Source: Botryllus schlosseri (taxonomy: Eukaryota). Taken from it: 64,000 nucleotides of DNA. Positions within the stretch are counted from its first letter, which is position 1. Each line of letters begins with the position of its first letter. The stretch lies in the NCBI GenBank assembly GCA_051294905.1, contig CM119371.1, positions 35,962,001-36,026,000 on the forward strand. The letters run 5' to 3'. Below the pieces are notes generated by a model that was given only the letters and a program-made list of their open reading frames with translations, made no database searches and had not been told where the DNA came from. The translations under genes were made by a program, and so were the position numbers. Of the stretch, positions 1 to 14,000 are shown piece after piece.

Positions 1-8
1 ACTAGTTA

Positions 9-108
9 CGATTACCCCTGACGAGTGTCAGCCAAAAATATTCGGGTTTATTTCAATATGAATAAACTATTCAATTGTATATTGAAGGACTGTACCTCCA
101 AGAAGCTC
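9..108 (+). repeat. Short hammerhead-bearing repeat (Penelope pLTR-like), core mutated
   Basis: accc-CTGACGA-gtgtcagcc-AAAA-atat-TC-gggt at 14-47 (GAAA changed to AAAA); the same ~100-bp sequence recurs near 4075, 4346, 4431, 14126 and 17578. Confidence 0.75.
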
Positions 109-3100
109 TTCAAATATTCTTGAACTAGAAATACGTTTTTCAGTAAGTTTGAAGTTTTCATCATCGGCATAAATAACACCCATACCGTATTACACAGATG
201 CTAGATATTGACTGATGATAGGTCTCGAACTGACCATAGAAAACATGTTTCATCAGTCTTCTCACTTGTGCTTCGACAACTGCAAACTTGAACGTGATCA
301 AATGCCCAAAGCGTGTATTTGTTTCGCCCACTCTCAGTGGCTTATAGAGAGCTGCAAGGTAGCATGCTGTAGGCTACGCCCAGAATGGTATTTGTATTTT
401 AATTGGACAATAGTATCTGTGTAATACATAGCCACACTTGTAATACATATTCTGGAGCTAGAAGTAACTGACGGGATTGTTATGTTGTATTCATGGATTC
501 TCGATGGCAATATCGATAATGGCAATTTAACATATCTGCAATGTTACGAGCAGAAATGCCTGCAGGCAAAGACAATTTCACGGAAAGCAATTGTTATCGG
601 CTATGATCAACAAAATCAGTCTGTCAGCCAATCAATAACTTTTTATTAAGGCTTCAACTAATCCGGATCTTTTTCTCGTGATTGCCCGCCTAAACTTCGT
701 CTATTCCCCGCCCACTCGCCTGCGGCTACTTGAAGCGCTTAGCGCGATATGTTAACGAATTTCCAGTGGAATTCCTTCAGACGAACTTCGGTTTTTATCG
801 ATAATCTACACTTCTACAGAATGAGCCTTTACAATGCAGAATTTGTGAAATTCCCTAAATTCTATGGACAATCCTAATTTAGAATCTCTACATGTTTTAA
901 GTCAAGGTGGTTATTAGATTTGTACTATATTCCAAATCGCTTCAACGGCTCCCTATCTTTTCATAGTATGGCAATCTTGTGTAGTTTTGAAATTATGGAA
1001 TTAATATTAAACTGAGATTAACTTAAATGAGCTGCACCGTCTTGCCGCCGGGACTATAGAATGAAATGAAATGCTTTCTATTAAATAGAGTTCCTAAGCT
1101 TAAGACTACATCTAGCGGATATCTTGCTAACAGTGAATGCAGACCGGATATGATGAAGATCCGGTTCAGAAGCTGGAGCAGGATATATTTATGCTGAAGC
1201 CCGCGATGCTGTATTCATGAAAATTCCACGTAATAGTGGTGTATTCTGGAAGCGCAATTAAATGATTTAGAAGCCATTGATCTAAACTCTTCATTTCTCA
1301 GTCATTCATTCTCACCGACAGGTGGGGACCAGCTGTCAATGTCTTACTGAAAACAACCACAATTAATTCAAAACAAGGCTTCAATCGATGCTGTTCAAAT
1401 AACACTCTGCTGCGAGCTTCCTATGTATTCTTGTTCCAAGATCTTGACCTAGATCTTAGCAAAAGTAGTGTGTGAATTTATCCAGTTGCAAGCCACACTC
1501 TTTACAAAACTACTGTATAGTAACGTACAGCTCATGGCACATGATCTGCCACCAACGGTCCAACTCCGAAGGCGGGATTCCTCAGTTGAAACTAACAAAG
1601 GTTAAAATTAGGCAACGAACGGAATTCTGCTCCCCTATGAATCTCTGACTACCATTCCTGCAACGTACACAATACACATAAACACGCCCAAGTTTACGTT
1701 GAGCAGATACGCATACTGATTAACTCTTGATGTGTTCCCTCCATTTTCCACGTATACATGTCAATTAAGTGCCCTTGTTCCTGTTAACACGAAGACCGTC
1801 ATGACCATATCTGCATATGTGAAAGTGAATGTTGTTGCTCCCTGATTGGTCGACAAAACATCAAGAGATAACAGGGGCAGGCAACTTTTCCAGTTCGCGG
1901 GCTTGATATGGGTGAAGGAAATACTTGGCGTGAACGGATTCCTGACACTATACATCAATCGCGCATTTGTCCACCTATACAAGAAATAAATCGTATTTAA
2001 CATAAACCTAAAGTTTAAAGTTTGGAGACAAAAGTCAGTCTTTATTGAATTTATAAACGTAATGTACTTCAATAGCTGTTGAAGTCAATGAGACATCTGT
2101 GGTCGATCGAAGTTGTTAACAAGTTTTTTGAACTCAGGATGAATGTCGGACGTAGAAACTAGAGCTGGATCTGGACTGGAGACTGGATTTATTTGCATTT
2201 TTGGTTGGAGATGAATCAAAGCCGGATTCACATTTTTATTATTAGGCCGGAGTCGGATCGGATCCGGATCGTACTTTTACAACATGATCAGAATCGCTAT
2301 GGAGGCTATCGATCAGTGTGGGTGTTGTAACTAACAATTACAAGACATTAGCCACCAATAAAAGCTGTGTTCAATACAAAATATAGTTTTATCATCATAT
2401 TTTCTTGTTGTTACTTTATTCAATATGTAACCGGAACCCTTACCGTATAATCTACTATTTTTGTAGTTCACTAGTTATAAGTACTTGTAGATGATTATTA
2501 CCTGAGTTTGTCGGACCGGATCACAATCAGTTCAGGAATCCGGCCTTGGAGTTGGACCAGAGTCGTACCAGAGAATTCAAGAAATGGGATCGGAGTTGGA
2601 CCAGAGAATTAGTCCATCAGCCCCGCTCCAGTAGAAACCGGTTGTAAAGAGTGCACGAGAACGTTAGATCGGAACACAGCTTTGTCTTGTCTTATCTTGA
2701 CCGAAAACCGTCTGCGGACTGGATCCAGGGCCGCATGGTGCCCGCCCCTGATCTATAACAACAGGACGTCATCTCCAGCAGACGTGATTGCACACTGAAT
2801 TAGAAAGGCTGTGTCGGAGTGGGCTTGATACTGTAACAGTATATGGTATATATAGCAGGGGTGAGCAGACCTGCTTCATGCCAGCCGCATATCAAAAATC
2901 ATAGCTTTAAAAGAGCCACAACACAAAAATCCATGACGTCACAATATAATGTATGCGATCGAATAAAGTTTATTATTGTGTGGTGATTCGGTGAATCTCT
3001 ACTTCTACTTGACAGTTTTCCGTTTTTAGGCAAACACAGGCGTAAAATACGTACTTACTTACTTACTTGTAAACTACCACACCTACTTCTACTTGAGTAG

Positions 3101-3479
3101 AAAGTCCAGCGTTACTTCTACTCCTACTTGAGTAGCGACAGTGACTACTTTGACCAACTCTGATGAAGTCTAATCAGTGCAAAGCAGTTCCTTCAAGTGC
3201 GAATGAAAATTAAAGGATGATTTCAGCTCGGTCATCTCGTCGACATTTTTTGACCAAACTGTGCCGTTATAGATAGCCTTTACAATAAAATGGAAGAGCC
3301 GTATTCACCATTGCAAGCCCGGAAATGATTGTGACCCGCACTGGTGTAATTAATTATCAAGTTAATTGTTGAACACAGCAATGATTTATCATTTTTTAAT
3401 GACCAGGCATTCATTGTCGCGGGTCAAACGTTTGCGAACTCGATTCGCGAGACAATTGTAAATTTATAAGCCGGTAGTG

Positions 3480-3949
3480 CAGTGGTTCCAAACCTGTGGT
3501 ACGCCACTAGTAGCATGCGAAGGCATTCCAGGAGGTACGCGAGTATATTCTGTTTTTTTTCGACCAAAGAGAGTTATCAGTTCAGGTGGGATTGATTTGA
3601 GTTTTTCGAAACCGTCGTTGTCGTGGTGGTAAGGTCGTTGTCGTGGGCAGGGGCAATCCCACCAATGGTGACCACGGGTAAGAGATCTAGTCGTAAAGTA
3701 TTGGGATTCTTACCTCGCAAAATTCCGTTTAATATATTTCACCAGAAGAATTCCAAATGGATCCACTATAGAAATCATATACTGCGCCTTAAAATGGGCA
3801 GTGTATTTTCTGTTTCGCTGCCTTCGACAGCTCAACACGGTGGAAACATTTTTGGCCGCCTTCGGCGCACGTAACATATGTAGGTGGTACTCGAGCCCAG
3901 CATAAAACATCGAAATGGTAAGTGGGAGGAAAAAGGTTGGAAACCACGG
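3480..3949. mobile_element. hAT-type MITE
   Basis: TIRs cagtggttccaaacc / ggttggaaaccacgg; TSD cggtagtg / ctgtagtg (1 mismatch). Confidence 0.75.
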
Positions 3950-4074
3950 CTGTAGTGCCACACTCCCTTAAATTTTACAAGTCTTCCGTAAACCATAAGA
4001 AAATAAAAAACATGGAAAAAATGCGCATATTGTTAATACGCAATAAAATGCATCAATTTATATTCAAGTTAAAG

Positions 4075-4173
4075 AGCTTCTTGGAGGTACAGAACTTCAA
4101 TATACAATTAAATAGTATATTCATATTGAAATGAACCGGAATATTTTTGGCTGACACTCGTCAGGGGTAATCG
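4075..4173 (-). repeat. Short hammerhead-bearing repeat copy, core mutated
   Basis: Reverse complement of the 9-108 repeat; GAAA again reads AAAA. Confidence 0.75.
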
Positions 4174-4200
4174 GGTACGAGTCGGGTACGAGTGTCAGCC

Positions 4201-4634
4201 GGCGGTTACATGTTGTTGTAGAATACTATATATCAGAAGTGGGCAAACTGCGACTCGCGAGCCACATGCGGCTCCTTATTGATTGCACAATGCACATGCA
4301 GTGCATACTCGTTTCGCCATTTTGCGAGAGAGGTTTAACTTGATTTACAATTAAATAGTATATTCATATTGAAATGAACCCGAATATTTTCGGCTGACAC
4401 TCGTCAGGGGTAATCGGGTACGAGTCGGGTACGAGTGTCAGCCGAAAATATTCGGGTTCATTTCAATATGAATATACTATTTAATTGTAAATCAAGTTAA
4501 ACCTCTCTAGCAAAATGGCGAAACGAGTATGCACTGCATGTGCATTGTGCAATCAATAAGGAGCCGCATGTGGCTCGCGAGTCGCAGTTTGCCCACTTCT
4601 GATATATAGTATTCTACAACAACATGTAACCGCC
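4201..4634. repeat. Long near-perfect inverted repeat (204-bp arms, 26-bp spacer)
   Basis: 4201-4404 is the reverse complement of 4431-4634; one mismatch seen by eye. Confidence 0.9.
4378..4411 (-). ncRNA. Minimal type I hammerhead ribozyme motif, intact core
   Basis: Minus strand reads accc-CUGACGA-Gugucagc C-GAAA-AUAU-UC-gggu: helix I accc/gggu, full catalytic core, vestigial helix II, palindromic helix III. Confidence 0.7.
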
Positions 4635-5146
4635 TTGGATAGAGGCATGATGCGTCCGGCTTTCAAGACCAACAATACATAAGGGGTTCTGCATCCGTAG
4701 AAATAATTGAAAATCTTCACTACGGTCTATGACCAGCTCTCACCGCATTGAAACAAAAATTAGGAAAACTAGCAAGAATTAAAAGTAAACGTCGATTCTC
4801 CCATGCTGAGACTAACAGAACAATAGATCCATTTCGTTCATTGTTTAAGATACTGCTGCTTTACGGGATTTGGATATAGTTATAGGCTACCGTTTTACAT
4901 TTGTATCACTTTAAATTGTTTCATGACAGTAAAAACTGACCCATGCAAATCCTAAACTTTCGTTACTGCACCCATTGGTAAAATATAGTTTGGACGGCCT
5001 GATTCTATCAACTCCGGATATTGACCGGCCTTCTCGAGTTCTCCCAATAACATTTGACGTCATCAAAGCTTGCTATATCCAGAGCTGTGGAGTCGGAGTT
5101 TGGCTAATTTTCGCTTAATAGAGTCGGAGTCAGGGTCTCTTTTTAG

Positions 5147-8100
5147 GGGTGTCTTTATTTTGTAAATGCAAGCTAATGAAAAGCTAATTAAGCTAATTAA
5201 GCTAATGAAAAGCTAATTAAGCTAATGAAAAGCTAATGAAGCTAATGAAAAGCTAATGAAAAGCTAATGAAGCTAATGAAAAGCTAATTAGGCTAATGAA
5301 GAGCTAATTAAGCTAATGAGAAGCTAATGAAGCTAATAAAGCTAATTAAAAGCTAATGAAGCTAATGAAAAGCTAATTAAGCTAATGAAAAGCTAATGAA
5401 GAGCTAATGAAGTTAATGAAGCTAATGAAAAAGTAAGCTAATGAAAAAGTAAGATAATGAAAAATAAGCTAATGAAAAGCTAATGAAAGCTAGTGAAGCT
5501 AATGAAAAGCTAGTGAAGCTAATTAGGCTAATGAAAAGCTAATGAAGCTGACGAAAAGCTAATTAAGCAAATGAAAAAGTAAGCTAATGAAAAGTAAGCT
5601 AATGAAAAGCTAATGAAGCTAATGAAAAGCTAATGAAGCTAATGTAACAAGGAAGCTAATTGAACACCACACATCGAAAAACTTCGCTGATTGCAATTGC
5701 GAAATGTGTGCGTTTGTTGATTGACGCTGAATTGGTATCATTGAAATAATAATTAATAACCGACATCAATGCCAGCCTCGTTTATGGATAAACTATGCTT
5801 CGAGTTGTAGAGCTCCTGGCTCTCTCTCATATCTGTATATCACGTGATCATCGTCTTTCTTCTCGTACCACGTAACTTACCATTTATCAGCACGTGCATC
5901 TCAATTACAAGCTAGACTCATCTGCGACATCATACTGTATATTCCATGCATATCCGACCAATATATCTAACTGAGGCAATCCTGTCGTCGCATTCACGTT
6001 GAAGTTGTCAGATCAACGACTTAACGCAGGAACGTGCGTCTTACTACCCACGAGCTAAGTATATCTACCCAGCCACACATTACGTGGGACTCAGGTTACA
6101 ACTCCAGCAGGTTATCCGACGACACACCTTCCCATAGAGTACCATCTCGCTATATTATTGAAAATACTCGTGATATAGGCTACTCATTTACGACTATGAA
6201 AATGTTGCTACTTTATCGTTCCCAATGACTATTATAAATTATTATATTTGGAACCACTACACATCGAAAAACTTCGCTAATGCGCAATTGTTCATCGCCA
6301 CCCATCGCCGCTTTTTGGTTGAGCATTGTGCCAATGAAAACGTAGCTTTCTCTTCACAAAATATATTTACCCTACACTACATGGCTTAACTAAGCCAGTT
6401 ATAGAACTTTTTCTCTCCTGCGAATTGTTTGCTCTGGTTAAAACTCTGCTCTACCAAACGATAGCTGTCCCGACAACCCATAGCCGCAGGCGCGAAACAC
6501 CAGTACCGATATCCAGTCTGGGTAAAAAGGTACGATGACCCCAGTGGGATTGGTACGAGCACTGCCGCGCGGGGAAAGTTGCAAATTTTGCACAATTTCT
6601 GAAGCGAGGGGACGTCACAATGAGGTTCTTTGATAAACACATGTTAACTCTGTGGTGACGTGGTGACGTTGCAACTCTACCTCAAGTACACGTACCAACG
6701 TATCTATATGTGAATTACAAAACCAATGTTAGAGACAGTTAGTCACACTTATCAGTGGTCATGGTCACACTAACGTAGTAGGTTGGTATTAATGGTGTTT
6801 CTACTACTATAGTATGGTCATTTTACACCAGGCTGGTATTCGTTATTACGGTTCCTGATCCGTCGACTATTATGGGTCGGGGCTTTTGCAAGACACCGTT
6901 TACGCGGATCGTATACGAGCAGTAGTACAAGCCTACACCCTACATAAACCAGAAACACTTGGGTAGGAATACTGGAGCCGACTTCGGCCTGATTCGAACT
7001 CCCAACCTATTCGTTTTGCAGCTGCGGAGCTGTGAATATATTCAAGCGAACTAAAGCAGAACTAGTCAAGTATATTCCGCGCTAAGCATTATTCATGTCG
7101 GATATTATAATAAGAGATCACAAGCGTGGATGCGTTACGACTCGCTAGTCGATACCTTGCCCCTCCCTGTGAAATACTATAAAGCAGAAATGATACGTGA
7201 ATCTCCAAATTCAGCGCAGCAAATATATGCAATTACAAAGTAGTACATATCCGGACGTTTTCAACGTTAGTTTACTCATTGCTCATTATCAGGATGACAA
7301 TGGTGCCGAGTCTCACTAGTAGGCCTACGTCATTCAGGTTTCGCAAAGGTAACGAAAAAGAAGTCTTCCCAATTTTGAAATTATGCGCAGAATGATTCAG
7401 TTCTAAAGAAAACGATCAATAATCTAAATTATAATCTGTCGATCATGATGCGAAGTTTATTTGTAAAATCAAAATTACTGTCCTGCCCGCAACCAATATC
7501 CACGCGAATTCGGTTTACCAGACACATCGCGCGCTGAAACGGGTTAATTTAATCCAGTTTTGTACGATGCGTTGATTGATAGCAGCCATGCTGGCGCTTG
7601 TGAGACAATGCTGTTTTCAAATCCTCTTTGCCTTCCTAACTAATTACCACCAAGAAATGAACTCCCTTTGAAATGTTGTTGATGTTCATTGTTCATGTTC
7701 ACGCTATCAAATTCAATTTGCAAACATAACCGGCCACATTCTCTTGTTAGTCATGCTGGCACTTTAGCACCAAGTAGGCAGACAAACTTCGTCAGAGATC
7801 ACCGCTGTATGTAGTTTGGAGGTTTATCTAGGCTCCTCCTCGCCATCTCATCCGTGCAAGCGGTGTCTTATAAAAGCCAAGAATGTGGGCCGTCAAATCT
7901 TCCGGTTTGCAGGGTGCCGTTAGCGAAAAAAAAGGTCACGAATCACAGTGCAAGGGCGCCGCGGACTATTTTTCATTTACAAAGGGTGTCGTGAGGTTGA
8001 AAAATTTGACAACCACTGGTCGGTCTGAATCTGAATTGGCACTATTGCAATCATAATTCAAAAGTCCCTTTTGGGAATCGAATATCCAGATGATGGACTC

Positions 8101-8633
8101 ACAATAAAATTCAAATCTGAATGAAAAAAAAAACATTTTATAAATCTAAATTTGATAAAAATTCTAAACGTGGATTTAAAATTTTGGATTTGATGCATCC
8201 AGAATCATATGAGCAAAATACTAATCTGTACTTACCTAATCGAATAACACATTAGCTTCCTTGTTTCATTGGCTTCATTTTCACATTAGCTGGTTTCATT
8301 AGCTTCATTAGCTTTTCATTAGCTTAATTAGCTTTCCATTAGCTTCATTAGCTTTTCATTAGCTTACTTTTTCATTAGCCCAATTAGCTTTTCTTCAGCT
8401 TCATTAGCTTTTCATTAGCTTACTTTTTCATTAGCCCAATTAGCTTTTCTTCAGCTTCATTAGCTTTTCATTAGCTTACCTTTCATTAGCTTACTTTTTC
8501 ATTAGCTTAATTAGCTTTTCATTAGCTTTTCATTAGCTTTTCATTAGCTTTTCATTAGCTTCATTAGCTTTTCATTAGCTTAATTAGCTTAATTAGCTTT
8601 TCATTAGCTTGCATGTACAAAATAAAGGCACCC
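5147..8633. mobile_element. Foldback-type element with inverted AAGCTAATGA(AA) satellite arms
   Basis: Ends gggtgtctttattttgta / tacaaaataaaggcaccc; arms ~5147-5660 and ~8250-8633 mirror each other; flanks ctttttag / gtttttag. Confidence 0.75.
6785..7010 (-). mobile_element. Degenerate copy of the tRNA-derived SINE family
   Basis: Matches 48852-49117 (tggtcattttacaccagg, aagacaccg, cgcggat, B-box remnant). Confidence 0.55.
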
Positions 8634-11070
8634 GTTTTTAGCACGCCTTGGAATCAGAGTAAAAGTCGTGAAATCTGTAGTGGCAGGAGTCGGAGTATGA
8701 GTCGTGGAAAAAATATTGACCGGAGTCGGAGTTTGTGAAAATGACCCTGACTCCGACTACGACTCCAAGTTCTTTATTATGAAAACAATTTATTTCAAAG
8801 GTATCTTCAAATTACTCATAATAACTAAAATAGGATTTTCATGTACTATCAAGCACTGTTATTAGTAACGATATAGATAGTGGGCGGCCAACCCGTGGCC
8901 CGCGAGGTTATTCCCGAAATTACTTATAACATCAAGCAAAATTCCAAGGCCAGCCAAAACTTGATTAGCCTGACTGCGAATTTGATGACGACTAAAACAG
9001 CAGTTCTGACGCATTGGCGTAACCGGCAGCCATCCATATTTATCGTAGATCTTCGTATATGACCATAAGGTGGAATATTTCGTAGCAGAATTATTTGACT
9101 TGAAATTATTTTTAGAACTTCGCATGATTTATTGTCACTCGATTTCTTTCATTTAGTATTGGATCCCCTCCTGAAAATTATAAATACGCGTAATGTACAG
9201 AATAGAGTCTAACTATATTCGCAAATAGGAGATAACGTGTCGTCCAACATTCGACATCGCTTGTGAGCTCGCAGCGAGATCGTCGGCGATGAAACATTTG
9301 CACAAAATGAAAGAAGTGTTTTCACCGAAACCTTCGATATTGCTATTTCTAATCACCGAATAATCCTGTCCTTGCCAAATGAGCCTAGTTGTATATAGAG
9401 GCGACCCTCAATATATGCAGGTAACATGTTATTGATCGAATTCATTCATTACGTTTGAAAATATTGCGCGCCTCGCCCGCCCAGGACATGAATGCACGCT
9501 GCACAGTAAACAGTTGCACACAGTTTTCATGACATATTTGTTATCAATTTTAAAGCGTAGTAATATAGGTCTTGTTTTCAACGTCACCAAATTCGGTTCG
9601 CTCCTATTGGTGCTTCGGCCGAAAACGTTGGCACCCGCTGATATAGATAAAATTGAAGATTGAAATACATCGTCTGGTTTTGTAAAATTGATGTAAATAT
9701 AACCAAACGCTGCTTCCAACTTGACAAAATTGAAAATATGTGCAGTGTAGCTTAGCTGCTTGGGTCGAATAAATGATTAAGAAAGACCGCATGTCCTAGT
9801 CCTTGAAGACTTGTAAGTGCAGATAGAATAGACATACGCTATTTCACTGCTTTCTAAATTACGTTCCTGACCAATGTTATTGGTAGTGAGACTGTGTACT
9901 TGTAATCAGTATAGTGTGCAATGTGAAATTAGTAAGGTACATTTTTTTATTAGTTGCTGACTCATATACAAGAGCTACACTTCGATTGTTTTGTCTACAT
10001 TTTAATTATACAGGATTGGATATATGTCATTTTTGAATGATTCATACATATTAGGATATTAGAGAGTCCATGCTATAAAAACTTATAAAATATGAAATAA
10101 GGAAAGATGTTTAGAAAGGTATTCGGTCATCTTTATTGCATAGTGAATAATTAGAGCTGTGCCACAATGAAACAATTTGACATGACATCGCTAATCCTAT
10201 GTTCGCATTTGTTTAATGGTTGTATGTGATACTCGTTCGAATGTCACTGTGGCACATAATTTTCGAAGGAAATTGGTGATACTGTTTAAGTCGGAGTTGT
10301 AGTCGGAGTCGGAGTCAGTACGTTTAAAGACTTAGGAGTCGGAGTCGGTATATCGAAAACGCGTAGAGTCGGAGTCGGAGTTGATAAATCAAAATGTCTG
10401 GAGTCGGAGTCGGAGTTGCAGTCGGTGGTAGAATTTACCGACTCCACAGCCCTGCCCATATCAGTTATCACGGATTGCACATTCAAAGTATCCTTGAAAT
10501 TTGATATCTGCACGTCGATACAACGCAACATCGTCGAACGACACTACACAAACAAACGAGATCTATCGATCGACACCTCATGCAATACAAACATTAAGGC
10601 GCTAAACGTTGGCAGGAATACGACACCCAATAATAATTTTCGGAACCATGACATAAAACAGTTGGCATCACCACCACTTGATATAAATTAGTGCAGAGGT
10701 TCCCAACCTTGTTCGAGCACGGACACCTGAATTCTTTTGCATGATTGTGTGAATCCTTCAAGGCGACTCGTTTGCGTGATTGCGCGGACCCTTAAAGTCG
10801 AAGAAGCTGATGACTTCAAAAGATATCAAAACGTTCACCCAGCCTGTTTCAGGGCTGGATTACCAGTTATAGTGATATCACTAGCTTGAGGCTATTGTGA
10901 TCTGTATGGCGAGCACTGAATATAATGCAAAATAAGGAAACAAAGACAGAAATAAGGATAGATCTTTACAATAACGGGAATGTGGTTTAATGTTGCAGGT
11001 TCAACATAGGTCTTCCATGGACCCACCTTCAAACTCCCTGGATTAATGGGTAAGCGTGTTGTCCAGCCCA

Positions 11071-14000
11071 TTAAACATTCAATTTTAGAGTGTTTTGGAC
11101 GGAAAGGATTGCTTGTTTTCTACCCTTTTCGTCTAGAAAATCGACAGCTTTCTGGAACTCCATAGCAGCGTCAACGAGACAGCGCACACCGTTTCGGTAA
11201 TCGCCGACGAGTAGGTGCGCCTCGCCTTGGAGATGAAGCAGATGACCTGAAGGGACAGTGGCTTGGTCAGCAAGATGACGTAGGCCTGCGATCCCTTCTT
11301 CCGCGTACCGTATGGTCAAATCATACATTTTCAGCCTGCCGCAAATGTCAGCGATATTACTTGTACACAATGCGTACATGAGAGCCTTTTCGCGATGACA
11401 TGTCTCCGTCGGATGACACTCGATCGATTTACCTGCCGCGTAGACTTGGTACATAAAAGCGACGGCGTAATCGCGGATGAACTGACGCTCATACTTTTCC
11501 CCCTCTTCCAAGATAAAACCGGCTAACTGGCGAATATCAGATACGACTCGTGTGCACCAAACACAATACTCTTCCGACAAGAGATGGACATTGACGCAAG
11601 TCTCCAGAACCGCCCTGCATAATAATACAGCGGCCACCCTACGCCCTTGAGCTGCCATCTCCTTGCCCCATTCGTGCACGTAGTCTGGCGGCACCGAGCA
11701 GATACTAGCGGTATCGATAAAATCAGCCACCATTCGGTCGTATTGCAGGGAACCCTGCGAGACTATGCTGCACTCGGCGCGTAGCAGCATCGTGTCCACA
11801 TCGAAGCAGTTATCGGTATGAATCCTTCGCAACACCGCGAGGGCCTTTGTGAACTGTTTCTCTTCGCACAACGCGCTTGCTGTTCCTGTTAAAACAGAGT
11901 TACCATATTTTAAGATATGAAAAAGAGGACACTTTTCAAGGTACGAAAGGAGATATAGATATGGGAAATTTATGCAGATACTGCTGGTCGACTAAAAAAA
12001 GGACGTATGGTAACCCTAATACCATGATATTAATATCAAGAAAAATCATATTGTTGCTGTTTATCACTAAGCCTACAGTTATCATTTGCACAAGACAGAT
12101 GACGATGGCACGATGATTGAACAAAATTTCAACTAAAACTTCGTGGGGGTCCGCGGGGTGTCCGTGATGGTCCGAAAGGGGTCCACGAAGAGAAAAAGAT
12201 TGAGAACCACTGGGCTAGGCTATCGCCTAACGAAATATTCAAATGTGTATTACCTCGATGCACGGCCTCTTGTCTTCGAATAGCTTTAGACACGAGCTGT
12301 GCGAGCTTTTCAGGAACTAAACGAAAACGCAATTTTCCAAATCGAAGATCAAATTATTTATTCCTAGTTGACTCTAAATTTTTACACAAGGAAAATGGAA
12401 CTGGGAATGACATAGTATTTGTGTGGGTCGATTTACATAAATAATCTCGCTCTTACCGATGGGTCGATTCGGAATATCGTTATCGCGTTCTACGGGTTTC
12501 GTTCCTGCTCTGGAGTCGCTTTTAGTTCTGAACTTCACCGATTCCTCGCCATGTTTACTCCCGTTCTTATTTTGACAGTTGACACCAGAGCGTCCGTCAC
12601 ACGCAAACGATTTCGGGTCGCTACTGGCCGAACGTGGCCTGAAATTTAGACGAAAATCACTGTATAGTAGGTCTTTCTCGTGCGCTTTTCGTGAGTACAC
12701 TTTCGCATATAAGATAACATACGCGTACATTAGGGCTGTTCAAAAACTTTTTTATTAAAATTTTACTGGCTCACGTTATAAAATCATTATGTTGGCTGAA
12801 ACAACGCTACCTACCAAATTTGGCCTAATTCCAACCAGTAGAAGCGAGTTTCTTGAGGTAGAAAGTTTTGAATTTATCATATACAAAAACGGAAATAAAA
12901 TTTGAAATTTTTTCTGTCGAATCCATGATGCGCACCAAATTTGGCTCAATTCCAACCAGAAGAGGGGAAGTTATTGCAGTAGAAAATTTTGGATTTGAAT
13001 AAAATAGTATTTACGGTGACTAACACTTTAATTACACTGGGCAACAATTTTGAACGAGAAATTTGTTGACTTTGATTTTGCACTTGATTTAGGCTAATTT
13101 TGGCGTGCTGATTCCAACAAACCGCTAGTTTTCTTCCATCACATCAAGTTTTTGCTCTACGACAGATGCCAAAAATATGCAAATTTTCAGTAATTTAGCC
13201 ATATTAGTTTTCCATACCACATAAATATCCAGACTTTTACCGTATAATAAGTTATATAGCCAAAGGCTCGATTGAATTATGAGGAAAAAAGGTACTGGTA
13301 TCGATCTTGGCCGATGCTTTCAACCAGTTTTGGTTAGAGGAAGCAATCATCCCAGGATATTTCGCACACATATTTGATGCAAACTGCAGGATTAAGCAAG
13401 AAAAGTAAACATTACATTTACTACCAGCAATAGGTCCAATGCCCCATTCAGCTTATCGAGTGTAACTTGAAACTCCTATACGCTCGATAATTTGAATCAA
13501 GATGAAGATTTTAGGGATAGCAGGCCTAATGATGAAGATTTTGAAATCTAAGATGATTCAGAATGTAGAGTAGGCTAGTCCATCAACACGAGTTGAGAAT
13601 TGGAAGAGAAATCCTCAAAACTTTTAACATCCTTACGAAGCCAGAAAAGATTACTTGGCAAGGTAGAGAAGGTAGGCCTAGGTAGAGAAGGTAGGCCTAT
13701 CTCACTTTCGATCAGGAGAAACAGCCGTTTCGTCATAGGCCTACTTTCGGTAGCTTTGTGTATATTGCCGTGATATTGGCATTAGCATGATACCGTTACC
13801 ATGGATTACTGGAGGAGTTAAGAATCCCGATTTACATGTCAAGTGAATGGCGAATGCCTATAGGTAGCTCAAAAAGGATCCTAAACTGTGCCATTCTCCG
13901 TAATGGCAAAGTCTTAAGTGCAGTAACAATTTCACACTCAGTTAGTCTTCGTGAATAATACAGAAACATTAAGAGTATACAAAAACATTGAATTGTTGCA

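Larger units (their letters stand above)
5080..10454. mobile_element. Non-autonomous hAT-like element with GGAGTC subterminal repeats, expanded by nested insertions
   Basis: Termini cagagctgtggagtcgg / ccgactccacagccctg; degenerate TSD gctatatc / cccatatc; ggagtc arrays near 5090, 8690 and 10290-10430. Confidence 0.6.

Noticed and set aside
5170..5660. CRISPR array or coding repeat
   Set aside because: Simple 9-12-bp satellite with no unique spacers and many stop codons
6386..6642. Transposase within the foldback element
   Set aside because: Short ORFs with no recognisable DDE motifs
10286..10531. PT-repeat ORF
   Set aside because: Translation of the GGAGTC transposon repeats
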